Source: Eledone cirrhosa
Lineage: Eukaryota
DNA: 64,000 nucleotides
Direction of reading: 5' to 3'
Assembly (NCBI GenBank): GCA_964016885.1
Contig: OZ024743.1
Coordinates: forward strand, 46,624,001-46,688,000
Part shown: positions 1 to 13,703 of the stretch, in pieces
Layout of the letters: each line of letters starts with the position of its first letter
Numbering within the stretch: the first letter of the stretch is position 1
Made by a program: the position numbers and the translations under genes
Notes under the pieces: model-generated
Told to the model about the DNA's origin: nothing
What the model saw: only the letters and a program-made list of their open reading frames with translations
Databases searched by the model: none

Positions 1-1383
1 GCCTAAAACAGAAACCATTATAATCGTAGTACATAAGACAGTTAATGGAAATGAAATTTACAATTCAAACCTATGTAGGTTTAGCTGGCCTCCTACATGG
101 TTGTAGGTTTATTGGGTGTTTTAATGATATTAGTCCCAGTCATGAAAATCGATGTGAAGTGTCTTGCTCCAGAAAACAATATGCCGTCCTATCCAGCAAT
201 CAAACCCACAACTTATGATCATGAGTCTAGTCTTCCTATCATCCAATAGAGAACAACAACAAACTAATCCTCTCCAATATCACCATATTTTTACATAAAA
301 ATCTTGTCTAGCCCATACCAGCATGAAGAAATGGCCATAAAAATGATGATGATGACAATGACTGCATCAGTTAGCAGGTTTCAGTATTGCTAACCACATG
401 TGAAAATCTGACAGCAGAAAATGTAGCAATAAAAAATATATTTTTTTTAAATAAATAAATGCAAAGTGCTTGACAAATGAATCAAGTGTTGGTGCTACAA
501 TAAAATGCAACCAAAGATAATATAGGATACAGGGACTCTTCAATCTTGCTGAGTACATGACAATCTTGCTAATATTGGTGCCAAGTTAAAACACAGCCAA
601 TACACTCTGTAATATGCTTGTGCTGTTGCTACAATAAAATGTATCTAGTACACCCTGTAAAATGGTTAGTGTTTTTAAGGGCATTCAGCCATAGAAACTA
701 TGCCCAAATATGAAACATATGAGCATGGCATGGTTATCCAACACATCTAGTCTCAGACTGTGACGACTCATCAACCACAAAAAGCATAAAAATGATGATA
801 ATGATGATGATATAATAATTTAGACAGCAAGGTGGAGTGTTTCTTGCTTGTATCTTTGACTTGATGTTCCGTATTTCTTGTAAAATATTATATTTCTAAT
901 GCAATACATGTTTCAATTTTTTTCGGAAATAATCAAGAATTTAAAGGAATTTAGTAACATAGCTTAACATTTCCATTAGTAAACTGATGTTTGAAACATA
1001 ACGAAAGGTTCTTACATAAAATTACATTAGAAGGTTTTAATTTATATACTAACCCTTTAAAAGAACAATTTTGTATCACAAACCCAAAGGCTATTAGCAT
1101 AGTTCTAATGAAAGACACTGCCTATGATTTCCAAATCATTTAGAGAATAATCAGGAATCTGGATGGATTTTGTAATATAACTTTCTCATTATTAAGCTGA
1201 TATTTGGAACAAAAGTATTTGCCTAAAATTATGCGGGAAGGTTTTTTAGATAAATATTATAAAACCTGGGGCAGTTTGAGGTAGGTTGGTATCAAATAGG
1301 CTAATATTCTCATTTTCCAATTAAAAATGAATCAAACAATGTATGTACCATAGAAAGACATAATATACGCAACAGAAACTTAC

Positions 1384-1452
1384 TCTTTCAAATGGCAATT
1401 GCGTTCTTCCCAGAAGAGTATTGTTATTGCTTACACCACTTCGTGGACTACC
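1384..1452 (-). CDS. KMT2C/D: Probable 69-nt exon (GSPRSGVSNNNTLLGRTQLPFER)
   Basis: Acceptor ttttaaatgtaatttcag| and donor AGA|gtaagt; phase 0 to phase 0; composition continues the SP-rich end of the giant exon. Confidence 0.7.
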
Positions 1453-2022
1453 CTGAAATTACATTTAAAAAAAACATAAGCTATAATGGTGATCTGATTT
1501 CTATGGTTAAATAATATAAACTTATACCTCTAATTCTAATTAAGAATCAATTAACATTTATTTAATAAAACTAAATAATGTCACAAATTCAATTCATTAA
1601 ATCCACTGCAGCAGATTGTTGCAACTGAAATTAAAATTTCACAAAAAAATTATCTCAATTGTTTTTTAACTATTATTTCGAAGAAATATTTTGCATTTGT
1701 GAAGTTGTAAAGAATGATGGGATTAGAGCCATTAATGAATGTTGTGAAGAAAAGTGAAATAAGATGGCTGGGACCTGTGTTGAGGAAGGATGAACGTGGC
1801 TGGGTGAGAAGAATAGAATCAGTGAAATATATAAAGAGAAGTAGAATGAGATGGTTGGATTATACTGAAAAAGAATAGAAATGACTTGATTAGAGGAATG
1901 GTAAAAATATACGTTGACAGAGGGAGAGGAGGGGCAAGATCAAGAAAAAAATAGTTAAAGATAAAGGAAAAAGAAGTCAGAAGGTTCATGAGAGGGGATG
2001 CAAAAGTTAGGGTTCAATAGTC

Positions 2023-2215
2023 TTAACCCTTTAGCATCTACATTATATATACTATAGTATGTTCATGGTAAAGGCTTTACCTCACATAATATTGAATCTT
2101 GATATTATTTATTATGAGAACAATACCTTTAAATCACTATGAGTGACCAGGTTTGAACAGAAAGACATGAGAAAATTCTGGTTCAATACAGCCAGTATAA
2201 ATACTAATGAGTTAA
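2023..2215. mobile_element. TTAA-flanked (piggyBac-type) MITE, family 1, decayed
   Basis: Starts ttaaccctttagcat; body matches copies at 2984-3213, 10568-10767, 46213-46938 and 59038-59886, and an inverted copy at 2330-2509. Confidence 0.65.
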
Positions 2216-2983
2216 AGCATTTGTTGTGAAGTGGTAAAAGTATTTGCTATGATTCCTATACACCAGATGATCAGAGAAGAAATATAAAAAGTTTGTTCAA
2301 GGTTTTTGACATTACAACAAAATGTTACATTTAATCCATCAGCATCTAAACTAGCCATATCCGGCCAGAATTCTCACACTTCTTTCTGTTCAAACCGGCT
2401 GTAACTGGCTGCTCATACTTATTTTAAGGCATTGTTCTCAAAATAAATAATATCAAAATCTTATAGATTCAATAGTAAATATAGAGTAATGTAAATGCTA
2501 AAGGGTTAAGACATAATGATGAGCTTAAAATTTAGACTTCTAGTGCATCTAAGTTGTGATTGAAATTCTAGCAGAAGTTGGTGTTCATAATACTCCCTTT
2601 AAAATCAGTTTCAATACTACAGGATAAATATGTATATTGATGGAAGAGAAAATTAGGGGGTGAACATTACTAATGTCAAGATATTAATTATAGTGGATAC
2701 TAGGGACAGAAAGGGTTGAAATAAAAATAGTTTGATGGATGAGAATATCAATCAGAAAGAAAGAAAGAGACAACAATGAATTGTAGAAGATGATGGTAAT
2801 AGAGCCAGTGATGAATGTTGTACAGAGAAATGAAATGGCTGGGTCATGTGTTGAGGATGGATGAAAATGACTTGGTGAGAATAGAGCCAGTGATCGATAT
2901 TGTAAAGAGAAATAGAATGAGATAGTTACATCATGTATTGAGGTAAAGTGGAAGTGAATGGGAGGAGTGGTGGAAATAAATGT

Positions 2984-3213
2984 TTAACCTTTTAGCATTA
3001 ACATTACTCTATATTTACTTTGGTATTTTCATGGTAAACACTTTATTTCACATAATTATCTCACATAATATTGAATCTACAAGATTTTTATATTACTTAT
3101 TTTGAGAACAACACCATAACATAAGATTATGAACAGCCAGTTACGGCCAGTTTGAGCAGAAAGAAGAGAGATAATTCTGGATGGCTATGGCTGGTTTAAA
3201 TGCTAAAGGGTTA
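2984..3213. mobile_element. TTAA-flanked MITE, family 1
   Basis: Terminal inverted repeats ttaaccttttagcatt...aatgctaaagggttaa; CCC/GGG-type ends with TTAA are typical of piggyBac. Confidence 0.7.
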
Positions 3214-4820
3214 AAGAAGTAGAGGAAAGTGAAGACTAAGAAAGATATGGCTAAAGATGATAGAAGAGGAAATGAAAGTTGGTGGGAGGAAAGGCAACAG
3301 GACAAAATGGAGACGCTTATCACGAGTTCCACAAGACTACAGGGAAAATGGCCTTTAGATGTTTGTTGTTGGTAGACATTAATAGATGAAGATGACTAAA
3401 GCCAAGATATCAGTCAATAATGGCAATTAAGTTGTGTAGGATGACTAAAATCAAGATATTAGTCAACGTTGACAACTAGGGGTTGATCATGGCTATAGAC
3501 AAGACATCTCATCACTGATCATAATTTCCACATCATAGCTTCTTGGAAACTTTGCCAAACAATATTTCAGAAGGTAAGAGATAGTGAAACATATTGGGTA
3601 AAATATGCAACCACTAGTAATATCTGATTTTAGATATATGCTCTAGGTACAATCCTGTGAAAAATAGTATATAAATGTACTAGGGCAACAGTCCTCCAGA
3701 AGATCTTTATACCAGAGTATTTAAAATGACTTATGTAATGTTGCTGATTTAGAACTTGCACAAGAGATGCCAGTAATAATGCAATAGCTATTTTGTGATT
3801 TGGTATGATGGAGTGTGACATTCGGCCATGAAAAGAAAGGAGTCGATCATTAGATTAAACTAAAGAAACAATATTTTCATTGATCTTTCCATTACTGATA
3901 TTATCTGCTAGTCACAACTCCTGGCAGAAGGCAGGATTTCAATTCAGGATACACAGTGCCAGATCAGATGCCATAAAGAAACCTGCCTGACTCTTTAACA
4001 ATTCTGTCAATCTACAGTTCCTAACTGATAAATTATTTATTGAGCTCAAGAGGATGAAAGACAAAGTTGACCTCAGCAGGTTTTGTACTCTTGTGTGCAG
4101 TGACACACCCAATGATTCTGTACATTCAGCCTTGAATGAAACCTAAATTGTGTAGTAGTGAGTCAGTGAGTGAAACCTTTCAGTAGCTATACAGGGACAA
4201 ACACAGTACAAATTGATTGATGATGCAAATTGAGGAAGTAGCAGATATAATAGGATAGATTCAATGTTTGGAGCTAAGTGATGTAAGCAGAATAAAAGTG
4301 TAGCAGAGTTTAAACTTTCATTAACAAACCACTTGAGATTGCCATTAGTTCAATGTTACTTATGCCTATTAATGTATTTATAACAAAGCTGTATAAGAAC
4401 ATATATATAATCCAATATGTTTACGTTTTTGCCATGTATCCAGTTTAAAATAGGTGCACCATGTATACAGCAGAGTGTAGCCCCAGAAAGGGCATCCAAC
4501 TGTAAAATATTGCCTCAAAATAGACCTCATAATGGGTACAAAGCTTGTTATGGGGGTCTGGAAGGGAAGATAGCCTTAAAACACATGTATACAATGCGTT
4601 TACATATAATAAACAAGCATTTATTCTCGCTGTATTTCAAGCTGTGATCATGTCACTCACAACAAGACTAAATCTATGTTTATTGTACATAGGTTCATAT
4701 ATGCCTTTATTTTGAATCCCGTTATGTTAGTGCTATCAATAATTAATGTATTTGTATTTAAACATCAACTAGAATCTCATTACTATATGGATGGTGATGG
4801 ATCCTTCGTTGGTTTCAATA

Positions 4821-5006
4821 TATGTTTCTACTTTTGGCACAAGGCCAGTAATTACCCAGTACATTTCTGGTACTTTATTTTATCGACCTCGTAAGGATGA
4901 AAGGCAAAGTTAACCTCAGCGGGATTTGAACTGTCCATAAAGGGACATAACTCTATGCTGCAAAACATGGCGTCTGACCCTCTATCGATACTGCCAATCC
5001 ACCGCC
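4821..5006 (-). mobile_element. tRNA-derived SINE with target-site duplication
   Basis: Box A/B-like head (ggattggcagtatcgatagag ... gttcaaatccc); core gcctttcatccttacgaggtcgataaaataaagtaccag; flanked by direct repeat gttggtttcaata; near-identical copy at 15623-15796. Confidence 0.85.
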
Positions 5007-5560
5007 GTTGGTTTCAATAATGAGCATTCAGTTGTTCAATCAAATGAATGTCTAATTTATGAATTAACATGTAAGTGGTTGAGATTTCCATACACATGTA
5101 CTCTAATGATTCCTAAACAAAATCAGCATGGCACAAAATATGACATGACTCGACTTTTGAATTACAAGTACAATCCATTTGACAGGCTTCACTCACAAGG
5201 CCTGGGTCACTCACAAGGCCTGGGTCAACCTAAATCTATGGTAAAGATGACAGGGAGTTGAATAGAAGCCAAGTCTGCATCCACATTACTACATTATTGA
5301 TAACACTACATGGCATTTTAATATGTAACGTTTTGTCTGTCACTAACCACTACCATTATTTTTTTATATCTTTCAAAATTTGTTTTCTATTTTCTACCTA
5401 TTTCTACTTTATTTCATCTATTCTAAATCAGCTCCAATATTTTAGTAGCAATCTGTCTAAATTCAAAATCTTCTCAAGAGAAAGCATGGCATTAATACAT
5501 GTAGTAAATATAACCCTATGATTGATTTCAAATCAAATGTATCCATTTTTGAAAGTAATA

Positions 5561-5828
5561 TTAACCCTTCTGATAATAGCCAGCCTAAAACTGCCCTCAG
5601 TTTAAGATACAAAGCTGCTTGTTTTAAAATGTTTATATTTATCTAAAAACCTCCCATCATAATTTTTTCAAAGAACGTTTTTTAAGTTATATTCCAAGTA
5701 CCAGTTTAATAATGAGAAAGTTAGTTATATTACTAAATCCCTTTAAATTCTTGATTATTTTCAAAAATGATTTGAAAATCATAGATATATGATTTTATTA
5801 TATTATAAAAATGGTTGTGAAATGGTTA
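5561..5828. mobile_element. TTAA-flanked MITE, family 2 (other decayed copies near 1090-1300, 7415-7652, 18575-18794, 41500-41702, 61760-61950, 62760-62900)
   Basis: ttaaccc...ggttaa termini and a shared body (ttcttgattattttcaaaa, aactttctcattattaagctg). Confidence 0.6.
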
Positions 5829-6083
5829 ATAGTGAAGAAAAAGTTTATTCATTTTGTTTCTAAACTTCAATTTTCTTAATGAGACAAAATAAATAGGCAG
5901 TTTCAGGCAATTTGGTATCAAAAGGTTTAGAAACACACTCACCCTCAAGCTAATAAATAAATTAATTTATAGTTCATTAATGCTATGCAACAATATGATA
6001 TTCAAATAAATACACATTTTCTTTTTGCTAAGGCATTAAATATTATCATTTTCTTTTACTTAGTTTTTGCATTAACTCTTTCA

Positions 6084-7413
6084 TTTGGATTTATCCCCAA
6101 CTCCAGCTGCTGTGATCAACTTATAGAGTTTCTTGAGGACATCACACGGATCACTGATGGCGGCTCATGGGTGGATGTTGTTTACCTTGACTTTGCGAAA
6201 GCCTTCAATTCTGTGCCACACAAAAGGCTTATGGCAAAACTCTCTGCAATGGGTGTGAAGGATGATCTTTTTAACTGGTTGAAGTCCTTCATTCTCAGTC
6301 GAAGAGAGGTAGTCACGGTTCTGGGACAGCATTCCTCACCATATGAGATGTCATCTGGTGTACCACAGGGATCTGTTCTTGGCCCCCTTTTGTTTGTGGC
6401 ATATATTAATGACATAGATGCCAACCTAAAGAATGCCACGGTACTAAAGTACGCAGACGACATCAAGCTGTACCTTGAGATAAAAAGGACAGATCCTGAA
6501 CACTATAGATCTTGCTTGCAGTCTGACCTGGACACAATGCAACAATGGATCTCAGACTGGCAACTCAAGCTAGCTGTGGACAAGTGCACCACCATGCATT
6601 TTGGGAGTAAAAACCCAGCGTCCACATACTCCCTCCACAGCACTAATATCAAGAAGTCTTCTTGTGAACGTGACCTGAGCATTACGGTCAGCAGCGATTT
6701 GCGTTGGATGAAGCACGTCTCTATAATTGTCAAGAGGGCCGAGGGTGTCTTAGCATCACTCAGCAAGACCTTTGTCAGCCGCTCTCCAGATATCTATTTA
6801 AGGCTGTACATGGCTATGGTGCGACCACACTTAGAATTTGCACCACCAGTCTGGAACCCCTATCTTGCTCAGAACATTGACTGCCTGGAAACTGTTCAGA
6901 GACGTGCAACCAAGCGAATACTCTCTATCAGGCATCTACCATACTCTGAGTGCCTTGCTTCCCTGGGCATGGATACATTGAAGCTCCGACGCCTGGCAAC
7001 TGACTTGGTAAACACCCACAAAATTGTTAACCATGTTGCCAACAACAACCCTGAGTACCTTTTTGATTTCCATGTGTCTAACACATGTGGACATGCCCAC
7101 AAAGTAAGAAAACAGCACAGTTCCCATGACTTTCGGAAACATTTTTTCACGCTCAGAGTTGCTGAAGCATGGAACAAACTACCTGCATCAGTTGATAGCT
7201 GTCAAAACACTGCATCCTTTAAGGCCTCCATGCTTCCCGAGATCCGCCAACATTACAGCTAATGTTCCCCCTCCATACACATACACACATGTATACCATG
7301 ACACTATTCACTTCCCTGACATTTGTGTATTATTCTATGTACTATACATACACCTTTGACGAGTTGTAGTGCACCTGAGCACTTTACACAATAATTTCAT
7401 TATTATTATTATT
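6084..7413 (+). mobile_element. 5'-truncated CR1-group non-LTR retrotransposon (RT plus C-terminus) with (ATT)n tail
   Basis: ORF 5985-7262 carries LDFAKAFNSV, SGVPQGSVLGPLLF, YADD and RPHLEF motifs; tail (att)n at ~7398-7413; appears inserted into a family-2 MITE. Confidence 0.9.
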
Positions 7414-8537
7414 ATTTTTATATTTTAAAAGAAATACACCTCCTATGGTTTTCAATTAATTTTGAAAATTATCAAGAATTTGGAGGAATTTATTAATATA
7501 ACTTTCTCATTATGAAGCTGGTGCCTATAACAGAATTTTCTTACATAAAATTATTATGAAAGGTTTTTTGGATAAATATGAACACTTTAAACAAATGGCT
7601 TTGTATCATAGAACCAGATGTAGTTTTAAGTGGTTTGGTATCAGAAAGGTTAAACATTTTAAACATTTATAACATTTATTTCTTGGGTTGAACATTTATA
7701 ACATTTCTAACTAAATTTTTTTATGTTTTTTTCCTCTATTTTAACAATTAAAAAGGATAAATATTTCAAAAAAATCATATCAATATATTATCTGTAAATA
7801 AAATATAAACTGTAAATATTTTTCCTTTTAATAATTTGAAACAACTGTAAACTGAAAATGTTTTGTTTTTGTTTTTATTAATATCAAAACATTCACGATG
7901 AAAGCTTTTTATTCTACCAACATTTAAAATTATCTAAATAAGAATGTTGTTGTTGAATGATACAAACTTGTGTTTGTTCATTAATTCTTAAAGTCATGTA
8001 CTACATAAAACTGCATGAGCAAGACATTCTTGAAAAATACAAAAACAGTACTATGACAGCTTTACACTAAAAATGTTCTAATACTGCAATTTTTACAACA
8101 ATCTGTCCACTAGCAAAGATATTGTAAACATTTGAATTAAAAACAGTTTTAGATATTTTTTACTAAATCATTACATGGAAGAAGCTAATATAAAATTTTA
8201 AAAGTTCTTCATTCTTACTCTTTACTGAAGCAATACTGTGTTGTTAATTGCATATATTTACATAGTCAATGGTATTCTGTGAACAGGATTGTTCATTTTT
8301 AAGAAATGTTATGACTTCACTTCTTCAAGTATCCTGTTCTAAGATTTTAAAGATTTCAAAAGAGTCAGAACAACCATTTATTTATTAAATGAGAATGGTT
8401 AATTGAGCACACTGTTAAAATTAAGCAGTTATATATATAAATATCCATTAGCAAACAATTATTACAATATAGCACAACAATATCAAAAATGAGCAAGCAA
8501 AGAAATTAACAAATAACACCATAAATACAAAACTTAC

Positions 8538-8615
8538 CCCCAAAGGAAATTTAAAGATAGGCCAGAATCCATGCTCAGGATGCCTACGTCGTCTATTAGC
8601 ATACAGGTGATGTAG
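8538..8615 (-). CDS. KMT2C/D: Candidate 78-nt in-frame exon (LHHLYANRRRRHPEHGFWPIFKFPLG)
   Basis: Acceptor gtttttactctctag| and consensus donor GGG|gtaagt; 26 open codons in phase 0, compatible with the flanking exons; no homology evidence. Confidence 0.55.
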
Positions 8616-8805
8616 CTAGAGAGTAAAAACAGCAACACAACTGGAGTTGAAAGCACCAACGTGTTAGCACAATACTACAAAGCATCACTTTAGACCATTC
8701 TGTCAAATACAGCTGCAAAACTTATATGAGAACTACTTTCAAAAAATTTAGTGATTATAATTTTACCTCTTAGAACTTTATTACATATAAATTTATATAT
8801 ATATA

Positions 8806-8877
<72 letters not shown>

Positions 8878-8880
<3 letters not shown>

Positions 8881-9734
8881 GGTGAGGACGATATTTGTTC
8901 CCAATTTTCAACTGCTAATTTTATGCACATTTTTTTTACTTCCGTTGTCACTCTTGTCTATATAAAAACAATGACTATATTTCCATTATTTATTTTCAGA
9001 ATAATTGATTATGAATAATTTTGAACCTCCAAATTTGTGGAAGAGACACGGAGTTCTTCTTGGAATCCGCGCCGGGAGGACAAATAAGGAAATTTCAGAC
9101 TTTCTCAGCGTCAGCAGGAGAATGGTGTCTCATCCAAAGACATGTTGACAAAATTTCCAGCGACAACATTGGTCTAAGGTGTCGTCAGCAGTCAAGGTGA
9201 CGTCATGCCACCTCACTTCTTCCCTGAGGGCTTCAAGCTGAACACTGATGACTACATTCGCGTTCTGAGCGAGGTAGTAAAGCCCTGGATCGACCAGGTA
9301 GCTGCAGGTAGGTCATACGTGTGGCAGCAAGACTCAATGCCCTGCCATACCAACCGAAAGGCCCAAGCCTGGCTATCAGAGAACTTCATCGACCACACTT
9401 CACCTGACTGGCATCTGGCCTGACTGCAATCCCCTCGACTTCTTTGTGTGGGGTGCAGTAGAACGAGACACCAACAGATCTAGCTGCAATACGAAAGACG
9501 ATCTGAAGGCCAGGATCACAAGTGCCTTTAGGGGCCTAAGTCGGGGGACAGTGACGAAGGCCTGTAGCCGGTTCCGAGGCCGCCATCAAAGCCAATGGCG
9601 GGTTTATCGAGTGAGATCGAAAAACAAGCCATGAAGACAAACTGACCCAAGTTTGATAAATATATCTTAAAAAATAAAACTACTGTGTTATTTTTTCCTA
9701 GACAGTAATCTTGCGAACAAATATCGTCCCCTGT
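8878..9734 (+). mobile_element. Internally deleted Tc1/mariner-superfamily transposon, DD37D/maT-like
   Basis: TIRs cagggtgaggacgatatttgttc / gaacaaatatcgtcccctg; broken transposase MPPHFFPEG...YVWQQDSMPCH...PDCNPLDFFVWG. Confidence 0.8.
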
Positions 9735-9809
9735 GTGTGTGTCTGTGTGTCTGTGTGTGTGCGCGCGCATGTGTATGCACACACACACACACACGCACGC
9801 ACGTGTGTG

Positions 9810-9845
<36 letters not shown>

Positions 9846-10221
9846 AGGTTTCAGCCAGTATTATCCCAATTCATGTTTAACTTAATACCACTACCTGGCA
9901 TGTGTGTGCATGTGGGGGGTGGGGTGTTTATAAGATAGCAATGATTGACACTGCTTAATGCATCTTTCTGAAGTAATATATTTTATAGTAAATATAATAT
10001 AAAATTTCATAGTAAAAGTGTATGCATATTAATGAAAGAATTATTACCTCATATAAAAGATATATTAATATTTGCAGCTATATTTGGAGAAGAACAAGCA
10101 CGAAATATTCATTGAATAAGTAAAGAAATAATCGTATATTTATAAGCAATTAGTGTTGATCTAGCTCAACTGAATTAGTACCAATTATTTTTCAATTAAT
10201 TTTACAAAATTAAAACAATAT

Positions 10222-10439
<218 letters not shown>

Positions 10440-10567
10440 CTCACACACAATATTGCAAGTTGAAACTTCACAATTCATAACTTTAATCCGAGTTTCTTGT
10501 TTCTGATTTTCAGATTATTATAAGAAATGGATAATTATTTTTAAAACCCTCTTTTATATGAAAGGTG

Positions 10568-10767
10568 TTTACCCCTTTAGCATTTACATTACTCTATATA
10601 TATTATTATATTTTCACAGCAAAGGCTTTATCTCACATAATATTGAATCTATGAGGTTTTTATATTATTTATTTTGAGAAAAATACCTTAACACGAGTAG
10701 CCAGTTTGAACAGAAAGAAGTGAGAGAATTCTGACTGGATATGGCCAGTTTAAATGCTAACGGGTTA
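10568..10767. mobile_element. TTAA-type MITE, family 1
   Basis: ttacccctttagcatt...aatgctaacgggttaa termini with the conserved family-1 body. Confidence 0.7.
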
Positions 10768-11582
10768 AAAGACAGTTTGTGGAGATGAAATTTGAATAGC
10801 TTGAAAAGGTTTGATTGTATAAAGTTAAAATAAAGATCTTATTTGTTGAAAATAAAATTAAATTCACAGCTCAAACCTATGCAGATTTAGTTGGCTTCTT
10901 ACAAGGTTACATTTTTTAAGAGGTTTACTGGATATTTTAATGATCAGGGTTGCAGTTCTATTATTAAAAAACGGTGTGAAATGCAGAGTATTGCTCAAGA
11001 AAACAACACTCCACTTGATTCAGGAATTGAAACCATGAGGTCCTTTGCATCATCTGTTTGGTTGACCATATGATCACTGTAGGTCCCAGCCCGTCAGTAA
11101 GAGAACTGTGAATCCAATTAAATTCTGGTTTGGTCCATGATAACCCATCTGGCCCATGCCAGTATGGAAAAATGGAGAGTGGTGTTCAACCAAATAAGAT
11201 GTTATCATATATCACCAGTGCACATCTTCTAAACACCTATCATGTATTCCAATTTTCATAATCATATGAAGATCAACAACAATAACTTATTATAACAGTG
11301 CATGAAGTTAACTTCCAATATAATATATGATAACATCACTTTCAGTACTCAGAACTCTTTTCTGTTTTATATATATACATACATACATACATACAGGGTT
11401 CAATGACCTGCGTGTATGTTATTTTATTTTTTACGATAACCTCCCCTTCCCATTTGGGGACAGTGTGAGATATTTTTTGAAGAAGTGCTGGACTTTCAAA
11501 GTTAGCAGCTCTATCTAGCACTGACGGTGATTATCGCTAGATATTAATGTTGATGTAGTTGTTAATATTAATATTACTTGGG

Positions 11583-11712
11583 CATTCCACTGAAGAATTA
11601 TAAGTGCCCACTTGCATGGGAATCTATTGATCTTATGCAAGCTTCTACATAACTTGGACACTTTTCTCTCACTTTATAGAAATATTATAATGAAACGATC
11701 GTATGGAGAATG
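11583..11712 (+). ncRNA. Type I hammerhead ribozyme motif with extended helix II
   Basis: Helix I tcca(11586-89)/tgga(11704-07); core CTGAAGA 11590-96; helix II attataa/ttataat; GAAA 11692-95; palindromic acgatcgt in place of helix III; GTA cleavage triplet 11701-03. Confidence 0.72.
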
Positions 11713-12174
11713 AGATGTATTTAATTATGTCTCATATAAAATAATACAGCCAATTATCCACACAATACAATATAGTTAGCACCCCAAACGTATAATTGGG
11801 AATATACTTAGGTATTTCCTAATGTTTGTTGAGTGAGTTGGAAGTTGGTCGGAGTATCGCTAATGGCTTTCTCCCGTTTATATATGTATACACACACTCA
11901 CATATGTGTGTGTGTGTGTGTGTTTAATTAATGGTAGCTATGATGCTTCCATAGGTGGTATGCCAGTTGAGCACGCTATGTTCTTACAGGTGTGTGTGTG
12001 TGCGTGTGCGTGTGTGTGTGTGTGTGTACGGAAAATTAGTGATGCATCTGGGGTCAGTTTATTGTGTATTACAATTGTTTCGCCGGCAGATAGCTCGAGC
12101 CACGGTCATTGTATGGATCTGTCTGATTCTAGATCTGCAGGTTCTTCGGACACAGGTAATACTTTCGGAACAAC

Positions 12175-12210
<36 letters not shown>

Positions 12211-12249
12211 CCAGTGTGTGTGTGTATGAGAGAGAGAGGGAGGGAGAGA

Positions 12250-12282
<33 letters not shown>

Positions 12283-12323
12283 AGGGAGGGAGGGATAGTG
12301 TGTGTGTGTGTGTGTGTCTGTCT

Positions 12324-12354
<31 letters not shown>

Positions 12355-12432
12355 GGAGGGAGAGATAGTGTGTGTGTGTGTGTGTGTGTGTGTCTGTGTG
12401 TGTGTGCATACACACACACACACAGACACATA

Positions 12433-13640
12433 TTGGGTTGGCCAAAAAGTCTGTTCTCTTTTTTCCCCAGACTAAACTTCGGGTGCTCTAATAGTTGCTA
12501 ACTTTACTTTTTTCCTTCCAAGTATGCACTCGTTAGATACTCGATACTTCAAAGTAGTTTGTAGCGAAGCTCCAATGAGACTGGTTGTATTTTATGCATT
12601 TATCTTCACCCTCAAAATGGAGAACCAAGATGAACATCATCGACACAGCATGCTTTTTTTATTTTAAAAATGGTAAGAAAGCATCAGAAACTTGCAGGAA
12701 CATATGCACTGTGTACAGGGAGGATGCTGTTACAGAACGAGTATGCCAGAGTGGTTTTCAGGAAATTTTTCGATTGAAGATGCACATCTCTCTGGACAGC
12801 CAACTGTGGTTAACAGCGACCAAGAGAGGAGTTAGGAGGAGTTAGTCGAACCCAACTCCTGTCGAACAACCAGGGAGATTGCAAATATTCTCCAGATATC
12901 CAAATCAAGTGCTGAAAACCTTCTGCGTAAACTTGGTTACGTCAGCAAGCTCGATGTTTAGGTTCCTCGTGAATTGAATAACGCCAACGTCACCCAATGG
13001 ATCTCTATCTGCAATTCCTTGCTTAAGCATGAAGAAAACAAACCCTTTTTGAAGAAAATGGTAACTGGAGATGAAAAATGGATCATCTATACCAACGTGA
13101 AGCGAAAACCATCATAGGGGAAGCACCAAGAACCACCATAAACAACCTCCAAAGCAAGAATTCACTTGAAGAAGATTATTTTTTCCCGCAAAAAGAACCA
13201 TCAATTCAACATGTGTACTGTGAACAGCTGGAGAAATTAAACAGAGCGATCTGCCGGAAGCATCCAGAAGCTTGCTAATTGATGCCAGACTACAAACTTC
13301 CTTGCAGACGTGGCAGAAGTTACTAGGGCTTGACTGGGAAGTTTTGCCTCACCCTCCATTTTTACCCAGCCTTGAACCTTCAGATTTCCACCTGTTTTAG
13401 TCTCTTCAAAATTCTTTGAATGGACAGACCTTCAATTCTTCAGAAGATGTGAAAATTCATTTGGAAGGGTTCTTTGCCAGTAAAAATAGGAAATTCTTTG
13501 AACAAGGAATAAGGGATCTACCTAGATGATGATAGAAGGTATGGGAACAAAATGGCAAAAATATCATTGATTGAATAAATTGCTCTGGGTTTAAAACTGT
13601 GTCCCATTTCCACTAAGAAAACTGAACAAACTTTTTGGCC

Positions 13641-13643
<3 letters not shown>
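12433..13643 (+). mobile_element. Near full-length but decayed mariner (DD34D-type) transposon
   Basis: TIRs ttggccaaaaagtctgttc / gaacaaactttttggccaa; frameshifted transposase with the N-terminal HTH segment (FYFKNGKKASETCRNIC), VTGDEKWI and LPHPP..PSLEPSDFHLF. Confidence 0.88.
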
Positions 13644-13703
<60 letters not shown>

